Source: Raillietiella orientalis (Eukaryota). Taken from it: a stretch of 64,000 nucleotides of DNA. Location of the stretch: NCBI GenBank assembly GCA_036172245.1, contig JAYWIR010000026.1:1736001-1800000 (forward strand). The letters run 5' to 3'. A program made the translations under genes and the position numbers. Shown here piece after piece: positions 50,877 through 62,260 of the stretch (the stretch's first letter is position 1; every line of letters begins with the position of its first letter). The notes under the pieces were generated by a model, which saw only the letters and a program-made list of their open reading frames with translations, did not search any database and had not been told where the DNA came from.

Positions 50877-52449
50877 GGTTCGCGACGGGGCTCTCAGAGT
50901 ACTCCCCCTCGGTGGAGGACGAAAGGAGGGGGATGACCTGAGATGACTCCCGACCTCGAACTGGATGGTCCAGGAGCTCCGCCAATCGCCGAGGGAGTCG
51001 CCCTTCGGCGCGTTTCCGGGAAATCCCCGGGCGGAGAGGGGATGCTGTGAACTGTTTCCTGCCCCCCGGAGGCTCCTGACCCGCCGACGAGATGCCCCGG
51101 GGGGGGGGCGAAGGAGACGGTGGCCTGGAGCGATTCGCTTCCCCGAGAGGGAGGGGAGGACTCCGGTGTGTCCATCGCCTCCGCGGGCGCACGAACGGCT
51201 CTGCCCCCCTCGGGATCGGTCAGACGTCCGGTGGGGCTCCCTCGCCAGAGGGGTCCGGCAGGCTGGAGGGCGAGTTCCTCCCCTCCTCCCCCTCCTTTCC
51301 TGCCGCATGGACGAGCGTCCTCGAGAGGCCTCTTTCTCTTTGTGGCTTGCTCCGAGCTTTTAAATCAGTGACCTTTGACATTTGATGGCATTTATTGCCA
51401 TGTGTTGATTCCGATGACGGATGCTGGTCGCCTGGCGCCGACGGATCGGAATTTCAGAGTGCCGGGAGAGCGCGCGCCTGCGCGCAAGAAGGGGCCTCCG
51501 CGGCTCCTCGGCCTGCGCCCGCAGCACCGGGTGCACCTCGGTCGGGAGTGCAGAGGGGCGGGACGAACCGGGAGGAGAGAGAGGGGGGGGGGGCAAGAGA
51601 TGCGCCAGCCACCGATTCCCGGGACGCTGCGGGCGCGCAGGGTGGTCGACCCGGAAGAGGAAGGGGGAGAGGCGGGCGGCGGAAGCGGAAGTTGGCGTTC
51701 GGAGACGTCCACAGAGAGGGTTCGGGGGCGGAACTGCCGCGCGCCTGCGGGAACGCAAAAAAACACAAACAATCACCACGTGGGCGAAGGAACGGCGACG
51801 GCAGGGGCGCGGGCCGGGTTCCCCCACCCTTTCCGCCACGCAGTCGTCGCCAAGGTCTCCCGGGACCCGACCTTTCGGGATACTCGCGGACGAGAGGAGG
51901 GCGAGGAGCCGCGGGAGCGCCTACCGCTCAAGGCGGTCCTCCGGCGACGCCTCGAACTCTCCCCCTCCTTCCCGGTTGCCAGGAGAACGGGTGCGTCGGG
52001 AAGGATGCCCGAGAACCACGCTGGATGCCCGCGCGCGCGCGCGCGGCCCGGCCGTTGCCTTGGAAGCTGCCGCCGTCGTTCCCCCCTCGGCGGCGTGCGC
52101 ACGCTCGTCACCTGGCGACGGGAGAACGCGAGCGCCGGGGTGACCACCGAGACGCTCCGCGGCCCGCGAGGGTGCCGGACGGCGACATTCAGCCGCCGTT
52201 GATAAAAAAAAAAAAAGGGGGGGGGGAGGGGGAGTTGCTCGCTTACGCGGTGCAGTTCGAGCGGACATGCGCCTTCCTCCTTCAGTCAGCCGTAACGACA
52301 GCAACGTTCGGTGCGGGAGGAATGCCGTCCGCCACCCTCCGCCGTTGCTGCGCGCACCACCACCGAGGAAGAACGGCCAGCCGGCCAGGGAGTCGTCCGT
52401 CCGTCCTCGCCGCCGTCCGTCCTGGACTCGCTCGCGAGTTCTTGTTTAC

Positions 52450-52500
52450 CTTTCGTTGCTCGGCGCTCCGTGGGTATCTCCATGGATTCGATTGTCGGAC
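52450..52500 (-). CDS. Candidate short minus-strand exon (MEIPTERRATK-G), gene unidentified
   Basis: Acceptor ctctcgctctcgcag|, donor aaag|gtaaac, 51 nt, ATG at 52483, phase 1. No homology recognised. Confidence 0.35.
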
Positions 52501-53053
52501 CTGCGAGAGCGAGAGCGGGCGCGCGCGAGAGGGAGGGAGAGGAGGAGGAGGAGGAGGAAAAGGGGGGGGGGGTGAAGAAAATGTGCGCGGACGCGGCGGC
52601 GAGCGGAGTCGCCGGGTTGTGTGTGGTGGTGGTTCGGCCCATAAAACGAGTGACTGCTCGAAAGTTGAAACAGAAGAGTATAAATCACTCAGAAGAAGCT
52701 CAGAGGAATTTCGGATTCGTACAGGTAAAAAAAAAAAAAAAAAATCGTTTGATAAATCAGGAAGACAAAAAAAAAAAAAAAGACTTCAAGGACGATTGGT
52801 ACAGGAGAAAGGATTCCTCTTGAAATATTCGCTTCGATTTCGTATTGCCGGTGGGAGAAACCGACCATTGCCGTTCGCTATGAGCCGGCGTAAATCACGG
52901 GGAAAATCACGCTTGGGAACGGACCTGCGATACCCGCGGCCTGCAGTGAGCTCGTATTTAACGCGTTGCGTTGGAAACGACCGTAGGGAAAAATGAACCG
53001 ATTTTTTCCTACAGCTCTGCATACAAGGCTCGAGATTTATCGTCAGCACGAAC

Positions 53054-53085
<32 letters not shown>

Positions 53086-53547
53086 GATAAAAGAAAAAGG
53101 AGAAGAAGAAGAGCAGGAAACACACACACACACACACACACGCAGAGGGAAATCGGCGGTGGTTGTTTTGAATGTCCTCCCCCCCCCACTCCAGCTGCCC
53201 CCCCCTCCCCTTCGCCCCCCTCCCCCCCTCCGGAATGAAATTCGGACGGAAAAGCATTGTTGCGAGATCGATCGATGCATTCCCGGGATCGAACGGGTTA
53301 TTTATGGACTGCGCCGCTTTGAGCGCGTTGCCCGTCGGGTGCTGCCGGTGGATGGCGTGATGCAATCGACTCGCGCGCTTGGCATTCTCATCCGATGAGG
53401 AGCGCAATTTATCGCTCGGGTGAGCACCCTATCGTTTAACATCAGCGAGATGCTGGAAATCGCTCCCATCTAATTTAATTACGGAATAAATAAGCAAGGG
53501 AGGGAAGGGTTCCTTTTTTTGTCTCTCTCTCTCTCTCTCTCTCTCTC
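53054..53547. repeat. Simple-repeat cluster: poly(A), (CA)n, C-runs, (CT)n
   Basis: A-run at ~53054-53082, (CA)n at ~53120-53141, C-rich runs at 53179-53230, (CT)n at ~53522-53547. Confidence 0.85.
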
Positions 53548-56500
53548 GTTTGGCGCGCGCTCTTTTTGTCTTTCGGCGCAATGCCGGCTCCGGGACGGAG
53601 TGCTGCTGCCGTTCGGGATCCGACCGGATGCTCCCGGTAGGGCCTGCCCCCACCATCTTCCTGCCACAGCTCCACGTTCTTCGGTCAGGAAGGACTTCCC
53701 CGAGGCGGGCGATGGCTCTCTCAACCTCCTCCTCCCCTCCCTTCTCTCTCGCCCCTTCCCTCGGAGCCGAATCGAAGACGGACGAGTGCTGGGGAGCGCG
53801 TGGACAGGTTCCCCCTCCCCGTTCCCAACGTCAGCAGGCGGGCCTTCCCGACTTCCGCGTAGAATTACCGGGGGGAGCGTATTTTCTCCTTCCTGCCCAG
53901 CGGCAGCACCGGTCCGCTTGCATTTCGGAGAGGACAGCCCGCGCCAGGGTGAGAGACTGCCGGGGGGGGGGGGAGGTCGCCGGGAGGAAGAGGACGCGAC
54001 TGAAGAGCGTCTGGGGGAAGACGCGACCTCCTCCTCCTCCTCACCCGGACGTCCGGCGTCCTTCGAGCGGACGAACTTGCGCGCGAGGAAGCGACGGAGC
54101 TCCCCACCCTCTGCGACCGCTCCTTCGCCTCCGGGCGCTTCCGTACTCTGGGCGCCCCGGAACGGCCGCACCACTGACTTCTCCCCGCGACCCGCGCGCC
54201 GCTCCCCCTCCCTGCCCGTCCGCTCGCGCGCCGGCGCGTCCTAAAGACTTCGGGCGGTCCGCGGAACGAGGCGTCGGAGAGATTCCTCCGCGGCGGGCGC
54301 CCGCCCGCCCATTCCTCGGATTCCTTCGCTTCCGCCGCGTGGCCCCCGCCAGCGCGTGCGAAAGCGGGCCGCGCCGCCTCCTCCAGGCGACCTCCCCTCC
54401 ACTCCTCCTCTTCCCCCCCCCTTTTCGCCTCCCCCTCGCGCGCCAGGAAAGGATGAGGAAAAGGAATGCCTGCAGGGCAGGACCGCGAGCGCCCTCGCAG
54501 CTCTTTGCGGGCTCCTCTTTCCTCCTTCCCTCTTCGAGGGACGCAGAGACGCGGACGCGCAGAGAAGACGGAGTCCTGCCGCCTGTCTCGCGTGTGCCCC
54601 CTCGCCGACGTCCCGTCCCGCTCCAGGAGGGGAAGAGACGACGGACGCGCCCCCTTCGCGGATCGTCGCCGTCGGCGGCACGAAGCACGACGCGTGCCAG
54701 CTGTCAGTCGAGGTGCTGCAGGGCAGGGATGCAGCGTCGCGGCGGCGGCTCCCGGGTCTCCGCTTCAGGGCATCATCCCCCCGTCCTCGCGGTCGGCGTT
54801 CCCGAAGAGGTGCGAGCGGGGCTCCCTCCAGCGCTCCAGGGAGATTTCGGGGAGTCGCCCCAGGATGCGGCGCTGTCGGGAGGGGGGGGGGGGAAGGGAC
54901 CCACATCCTTCCCTTCCCCTTTCCATCCGGCGTCCACAGCAACGCCGGGAGGGAAGGGAGCGGAGAGCGGGGCGCTTCCTTCCCCCTATGCACCCGGTCT
55001 GGGCTCTGACCAGCCGCCGCACGGTCCTTCGTCGTCGTCGTTGCCTGGCAGCGCGGATCGGAGCATTCCGCATCCCTGCTGCCCAGGGGCTTCCCCTCGT
55101 CCTTCGTCCCGCCCTCTCCCGAGAAAATCCCAAAGGCGTCCTCAGGCCGCGGGCTGGAGGCGCCTCCTCACTCTCAGGGACGAAGGAAAGACGCGCGGCG
55201 ATGGTGGCGCCACGACGGGCCGATCGGCCGGCAGTGGCGGCAGGGAGACGCCCAAGCGAAGGTGAAAGCAGCAGCACGGCGCGGTTTCCCAGGCAACGGC
55301 GGCAGCGGCGCGGCGGACGGAGTACATCGATCATCATCCGTCATCGCATCTCGCGTTCTGCCGCTGCTGGTGCTGCTGCTGCGGGGCGAGCGAGACTCGT
55401 CCTCTTTCCTCTCCCTCCCTCCCCCCCTTCTCCCCCCAATCCATCACGCCGCGCCCCTCCTCAGGGGCATCGACAGGAGGACACCTCGGCACTTCGGCGG
55501 AAACGACCGTCGGTCGAACCCTCTTCCTACGAGACCCCCTTGTTTGACCTTCCACCCGATTGGTTTTTTTTTTTGTGTTCCTTCGTTTCCCCCCTTTCAC
55601 CCCACTTCCCTCTTCGCTTTGAGGGGAACGGACCGCCCCTTTCCGATGAGCGCCTGGGGCAGGGCAGCTGGCTCCAGGGACGACCCGTCTCCCCCTGCGC
55701 CCCCACCCCTCCCTTTCCCTGTGAAGATCCTCCGCCAATGGCACCACGATGCCGCAGGCTGTCGCTTCTTTCTTTCTGGATGGTTCTCCTTCCTCCCCCC
55801 CCCCTCCGAGCACCCTCTACGATTCGCCACCCTCGGGATGGCCGGGTGCCCTTCTATCCTTTCCTTCTTGGGGAAGAGTGCGCCAGGGAGACCTGGGGAA
55901 GCCGATCACGAGGGGCGCCTCTCTCTCTTGCGCGCGCGCGCACGGAACGCGGGGGTGGTCCGTTACCGTGGAGACCGGGAGGTTCCCGCTCACGCGGTAA
56001 CTCGCAGGCCGTCCCTTCCGCGGGCAGCAGCTCCGGCGAGTGTCCCGGACCCTCGACGAGCGAGCTCGACGCTTTGCCCACTCGAGCCCAACAGGGACCG
56101 GAAGGGGCCTTCCAGCACTCCTGCGCCTTCGGGCTGCGCTCTTTCGCGCGCGCGCGCGCGCTCCAGGATCGTCTGCTCCCCGCCCTCTCTTCGTCACCTT
56201 CCCCGCGTTCTGCCACTTCCCGCTTTTCCCATTTTTGGGATTCTTCGCGAGTTGCGGCCCCCCTCCTCCGTTCCCCTTGATGCGGACCACGGAAAATGCT
56301 GATCGATGCCTTCGGGGCTCTCTTTCCCACGGCAGAGAGGGAGAGAGCGGGAGAGGGTCTCATCGAGCAGCCTGCGCCGCCTATTGCTGCTGCTGCTGGG
56401 TTCGGTCGGCCTGCCGATCTCTCGCGTGTGCTCCGAAGCGACTTGATCGAAGACCTCCCCCGCTCCCCCTTCCCTTTTTCCCCTGACACCTCGATCTTCT

Positions 56501-59500
56501 TCCCCCTCTCTGCACGCCTCGCGCGCGACGGTGCTGCCCCTTTCGGAACGGCAGCGAGCGGGACGGCGCGCGGGTGTCTCTCGGCGCGCGCCTTCACGAA
56601 AGGACGTGAAGAAATCGAAAATCCGCCGCCGCCGCCGCCGTTTCGCAACGCCTCCGACTCGGACCATACGCATCGCTCGCTCGCAGCGCGCGCGCTCTGC
56701 CGAGTCGCGCGAGCTGACGCCAGAGAGCGGCCGTGATGCGGCTACCGGAGCGCCACCACCTCAGCGTCGTCGTCCAGAGTTGGTGGCCAGCCTCGCTCGC
56801 CTCGCCTGCCGTCCTCTCCCCCTCCCCCCCCTCCTCCTCCTCCTCCCCCTGATCCCCCTTCGCTCGCTCTCGCAGCTGCTCCTTCTGCCCGCCGAGAGAA
56901 AAATTCCGAATGCGCCTGATGGTCATCTCCTCCCGAAGGACCGAGAGCCGGCGTTGCCTCCTTCCCTGCAGTGCGGCGATCGTCCACCAGATGCTGCGCA
57001 CGGGTTCGAATCCTCCCGTAACTCTCCGCGGGAGCCAAAAAAAAAAAATGAGAGGGGGGAGGAAAGGGCAGGGGAGGGGAAGAGCATTTAGGTGGCCCCT
57101 CCGTGGAACGGGGTGCCTCGCTCGGCAGGGCTCGAGCAGAACGGTGCCGCTTGCCGGCCGAGGAGGAGGGAAGGAAGGACGGGGAGGAGGAGGAGGAGCA
57201 TGGAATTCTTCCATTTCTCCTTCCCTCCGCTTCCGCTCGCGCGCGCACGCTAAACTTCGCTTCGGCCAATCGAGGTCTCGCCTGGGCGAGGCGCGTGCGC
57301 GCGCGGTTCTCGCCGCGTGCCTTGCAGCCTCCTTCCCGTTCCTTTCGTCCACCCATGTCATCCGATGGGTCGGCTGCAGAAGAGCCCAGTCGCCCTCCCC
57401 CTCAAAATCTTCTGCCCGATCCCCCCCCCCCCTCCCCTCGTCCTCCAAACCTCTCCGCTAAAACCAGAGGACGCGCCGGCGCCGAATCCACTCGAAGGGG
57501 TTTCCTGCGGTCTTCGCCGCCAGAGGCGGGCGAACGCGAGCTGAGGCGGCGGAGGATGGAAGGGGGAGGGCGGAGGAGGAGGAGGAACTGCTGACAGACA
57601 CGGAACTTGGAGGGAGGAGACTGCGCCACTGCTTTTTTTAGCGCTGGATCTTTCAGCGAGAGAATGAAAATAATAATAATAAAATACAATAAAATGAAAA
57701 ATCGACGGTTCGAGGACCCGCGACAGCTGGCGCAGCCGGCGGGGCAGCTGCCGAGAGAGACCTTCCGCCGGGCAGCCTGACCAGAAGCAACCCGCCCAGC
57801 CTGCACGACTGCTGGCTCGACCGCCGAGCGCGGCGAGCTGGAGGTCAGCATAGGACTGGCAGCGCATTCTTCGGGAGTCCTTCCAAGCGGGAGGGAACGC
57901 CACGCGCCACCCGGGACCGGGAGTGCGCGCCGGAATCTCTCCGGGCCCTCGCGCTCTCCCAGCGAGGCAGGGTCGAGCCGAGCGACCTCTCGGTGCGGTT
58001 CCCCGTCTCCTGGCGAGGTGGCACGTCTTTCTCTGTCCCCCTTCCCTTCCTTCCGTGCACGGAGGGGGTCCGCCCCCTTCCCTCCCCTCCCCTTCTACGT
58101 TTCGTGGAGCTGACGAACGCCACCTATTGGCGAAAAAGCGGCCCCCCTCGAGTCGCCCGAGTGCACGTGGCGTGCGTGCTTGAGAAATAGCGGCGGCGTT
58201 GGCGTTGGCGGCGACTCCCTTCCAGAGGGAACAGTGGGATCCGACCACCTGGATGGCGGCGATGTGCCTGCAGCAGCCGACGTAAACAAAATCAGATGCG
58301 CGCGTGCAACGCGCGGAGCAGCAGCAGCAGCAGCGGCACGGGTCGTCAAGGTCGAAATCTGGACCGTGGGATCGCCCAGATCAGTGATTCAGCAGCAGCA
58401 GCTCTCTCTGCTACCGGAAAGCGCGCGCTCATCGGGTCTTTGCTTCGCGTCCGTGCCCGCTCGCTCCCACCTGGAACGGGTCCCTGAAAAACAAACAAAC
58501 AGCGTGGTGGCGAACTTCCTCCTTTCCTGTTCAGGAGACGGGATCAGGAGTCATCCGAGCGCTGGGAAGAGCGCAGAGAACCGTCCCTCCCCCCCTTTTT
58601 AGGGAAGAGGAAGGGAGGAGAGGGGTGAGTGCTCTCCACGCCCGAGGCAAAGCATCGGGGGATGTCCCGGGTCTCGGTGGCTGGCGTGACCAACAGAGCT
58701 CATGGCAACGGGGAGACAATATGGTGATGCTGCCGGTCTGCCTCTCTCCCCCCTTGAGGGTCGGGGTCGTTTGGGGAATCCCCTGGGTGAGTGTCGATCC
58801 TGAAGGAGCTTCGATTCTCCTTCGAGATCGTGCGATCACAAGGTGGGACTTCTCCATCGCGAAGGGGAGAGAGGGGAGTTCTTCGGAGGAGCCGAGGGGG
58901 CAGGTGGTCCACTCCACTTTCGGTCGCTTCGACACCCGATCCATGCTGCGGCGAAGACGGCCAGAGAAGACGAAGCCCGCAAGGGACGCGGAGGCGCCTC
59001 CCTCCACGCGTTGAGAGGGAATTCTGGAAGCTTCCGGACGGGCGCGGGGTCATCCAGCGTGTCACCCCCTCCCCGGGACGAGACACCTTCCTGAGCCTTC
59101 CCCTCTTTCAAAATCGGACCCCGGGGCTGTCGAGAGATGCCTCCCATGGTCGCGCGGGTGGGACCCCCCTTTCCGGAAGTTTCCGAGTGTTCGCTGGTCT
59201 TCCCTCTGGCAGACCTTGGTTTGACTTCCAGCTGGAAGAGCTGAGATGTCAGAACGCACTCTCCAAGGCCGATGTTCGCGTGCTCTCGCACCGCCCTTCG
59301 CCGCTCTCCTTGTGCACTCTAGAGGGCATCTTCCCGCCGTCCGGACGGGAGTAGGTCAAATAAGCCGTCGCCGAGACCCCCGCTATGGGGCGAAGCTCCA
59401 GGTCGCCGCCGATTTTTCCCCCTTTTTCCTCACTCCCATCCTTGCTTTCTTGTCCTCACGCTTTCTTCGATGCGAGCCCCTTGCTCATTTCGAGCGGGTG

Positions 59501-61642
59501 TTCCTTCTTCCTCTTGTGTCCTTCCTCTTTAGAGGAATGAGAGCTTCACCTTCGGCCTCGTTTCCCTGATCCGGGTGCGCTTCGCGGAGAGCGTCGGCTT
59601 TCCTTCCCATTCCCACCGTGATGCAAACCCCAATGAGCTGCTACTCGTCTTCTGTGTGGTCTTCATCTTCGTCCTGTTGCCACTGCAAGAGTTGCTTGGC
59701 TAGGAAACCGCACCCGTCCGAGGTCAGAAAGATTTGGCATGCGCTCGGGCGCATTCCGGGATCTCTCGAAAGAGACCATCGATTGGACCAGTAGGCTCTT
59801 AATCATCCGATTAGTCCTGAAGTGTCCCTCTGTGGCGCAGGGAGGAGGAGGAAGAAATTCTACTTGCGGCTTCTCGAATTTCAGTAGGAGGGGGCAGGGG
59901 GGCAGCGTTCGGGTCCGGAGGTCCTCACACTCCGGTGGAGGAGCCTTCCGAAAATTTCACCTACATCATAGGATGAGTATGTGCGGTGCTACTATGTATG
60001 GGTGTTAGCAGCAACATCCTCGCGAAACCTTCCTTGGACGCTGGCTATTCCCAAAACAAGGACTGGAGGGGAAGCGCGAAACACGCGGCCTGCACACCTT
60101 CCTCGACCAAGATTCCCATTTTCGAATCCCGTTTTCGGCTCCGCGTTCCTTCGTCGGGGATGAATTCATGAGATGAGAAGCCCAGTTTGCGAAGGGCGGC
60201 TCAGTCTCCTCTTCCGGGGAGGAAGGCGGACTCTGCTGTTTTCGACAAGCGATCGTTGTCGCCGAGGAACTATCTTGCTCTGGGAGCGGAGAAGAAAGTT
60301 GCTGAGGTGGCTTCGTGAAAGTGTTAGTCACGGTTCCTTGATCCCTGGAAGGGAATCTGCAAGCTCAGCATCCAATGTCTTCACTTGTTTTAGCCAGACG
60401 GATTCACCGTGATAAAATGTTGGCTATCACGATTCGAACTCATCTGCCAGCTGCATTTCTCCCGACGGTTATTCACTCCCTTGATGAGGATGTCTTCAAC
60501 ACAGCGTGCGTCTAGCTGACTCACAAAAGAGATTCTTGCACCTATTCACGCATCTTGAGGTACGGTTTCGATGGGGATCGTTTTTTGCAATCTCATCTTT
60601 TCCTCAGAGCACGCGCATCGCGAGATTGATGACGCCAAAGTGTGTTCATTCAGTGCCCCAAACAAGGTATTTCTTCGGGGTAAAAGATCCTTGCCGTAAT
60701 TCCTGTCGGTCAGCTCCACTGCTCAAAGCAAGAACCTTAAGCTGTTTGCCAAGACCTGCTGCAATGGCTTGGAGTTTAAGCTCCATAGGTCCTCCGAGGC
60801 CAAGACTTCCTTAACTGCTGTTTCTTAGACTCCTTTCCATAGCCCATTCTTTAAAGCAGTTCTCGAATCTTCCTTTTCAGCCTTTCGGAATGCAGAGTTC
60901 GACCGAATACCTGGTCTCCGTGTCCTTTTTTCCAATTATTCAATTCTTGGGTTCTTTGATAAATATTTTTGTCACACTAACGGGCGACAAACTGCATTCC
61001 GCCATTTGAAATGACAGCCCCCTTCCTTTCCTCATATTCGGTTTCCTGCCAAGTTAAGCCTCAAACTTCAGCCTCACGATCGCATCTTTCCAAATTAAAA
61101 AAAAGAAAAGAAAAGAAAAGAAGGAAGACGGATGAAAATGATTCCAGAACTGAAAGTAATCCTCATAAATCTTTCCAACTCTGTCTAATTTGCTTTTTCT
61201 TTCTAAAGTTCAGGCGATCTTTAGCATATGATTATCGCTGTGATCTTGTGTTACTTTTTAATGAATTTCTGTACTTTAAGCTCAGTAAATTGAGAACAGT
61301 ATGTGTGTCATTGTTAATGAATGCACACGTATTCGTGTGCGCTCCTATATATTACGAGCCACAGACGTTTCGTTGCTAGGAAACCTCTATATCTAGTCCT
61401 CACTCTCAGGCTATTAATAGATCGCAGGCCATTGTTAGGTGTCTATATTTAGCCTGCATATTTAGCCTGTCTATGCAGCACTGTTGTCATGCCGTCGCAG
61501 AGTGCAAACCAGACCATTGTTAGATATAGCCTACATGCTTCCGTTGGCAACAATCCAAAGTTTATTTATGATTACATTACTGGAATATCAGGAATTTCAT
61601 GAAATATGCGTTGAAAAAAAAAAAAAAAAAAATCCTTTAAAC

Positions 61643-62260
61643 CAGTGCTTCTCGAAGTGGGCGATGGCGCCCCCTGGTGGGCGCTGGAACGATTCAGGGG
61701 GGCGACGGCAGCCCCAAGTGCAATTGGGGGCCGTTGAATAAAGATGGAGGGCGGGGGGGGAGCGGCTGCGGTGAGTGAATAAAGAAAGAGAAGATGAGGA
61801 AATTTTTAAAAAGTGCGGTCGCAAATCTGTTAAATAAAAAAAGGAAACCGACTGCAAATGACGAATGGCGGTGATTTAAGAATGGAGCTAACAAATGGAA
61901 TATGGACAAATTGATGATAGCAGTGCATCAGGTTCATCCTTCTCATTACAGTTATTTTTCATGATTTTTATTTCAACATTATCCTTCGCTATCGCTAATT
62001 TCCTGTGTGTAATGCGGATGTTACTACGGTCGATTCCAATAAATTATTTCAGCTTCAACATGTTTTATTTGCAGCAGCATCTTTTCTTACTATGTTGTAG
62101 GACGCAGATAGAAATGTAGATACATAAAATAACGCAAATTTGTCACTGTATCTTTCTGTTTGTTCACTTAAAGAAGGTGCATTTTCGGGGAGGGGGGGGC
62201 GCTGGGTAATTTTTTATCTGAAAAAGGGGCGGTAGGCCAGATAAGTGTGGCCTACCGCCC
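61643..62260 (+). mobile_element. Non-autonomous Buster/Charlie-type hAT DNA transposon (deletion derivative)
   Basis: Starts CAGTGCTTCTCGAAGTGGG (hAT-like left end) with GGGGCG subterminal motifs at both ends. An 8-bp nnnTAnnn site CTTTAAAC (61635-61642) is matched 7/8 by CTTTATAC (62261-62268). The interior is AT-rich and carries a transposase C-terminal remnant. Confidence 0.8.
61812..61946 (+). pseudogene. Frameshifted C-terminal remnant of a Buster-type hAT transposase
   Basis: Reads SAVANLLNKKR/NRLQMTNGGDLRMELTN/MDKLMIAVHQVHPSH across two frameshifts, resembling the ...SAV..LL.KKRNRL....GDLRL.LT...P.I.KL...HQ.HPSH* end of Buster/SCAND3-like transposases (recalled motif, no search run). 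Confidence 0.75.

Noticed and set aside
51395..56280. Long ORFs 51395-52996, 53550-55265 and 54466-56280
   Set aside because: Same GC artefact; they read through poly-A, poly-G and CG repeats with no recognisable family.
56960..57025. GGTTCGAATCC B-box/T-loop-like motif (tRNA or SINE)
   Set aside because: No A-box, acceptor stem or cloverleaf could be built around it.
60408..60431. Inverted repeat CGTGATA...TATCACG as a possible miRNA hairpin
   Set aside because: Stem too short, and no match to conserved miRNAs I can recall.
61445..61469. Tandem 12-mer ATATTTAGCCTG x2
   Set aside because: Ordinary slippage duplication with no further structure.
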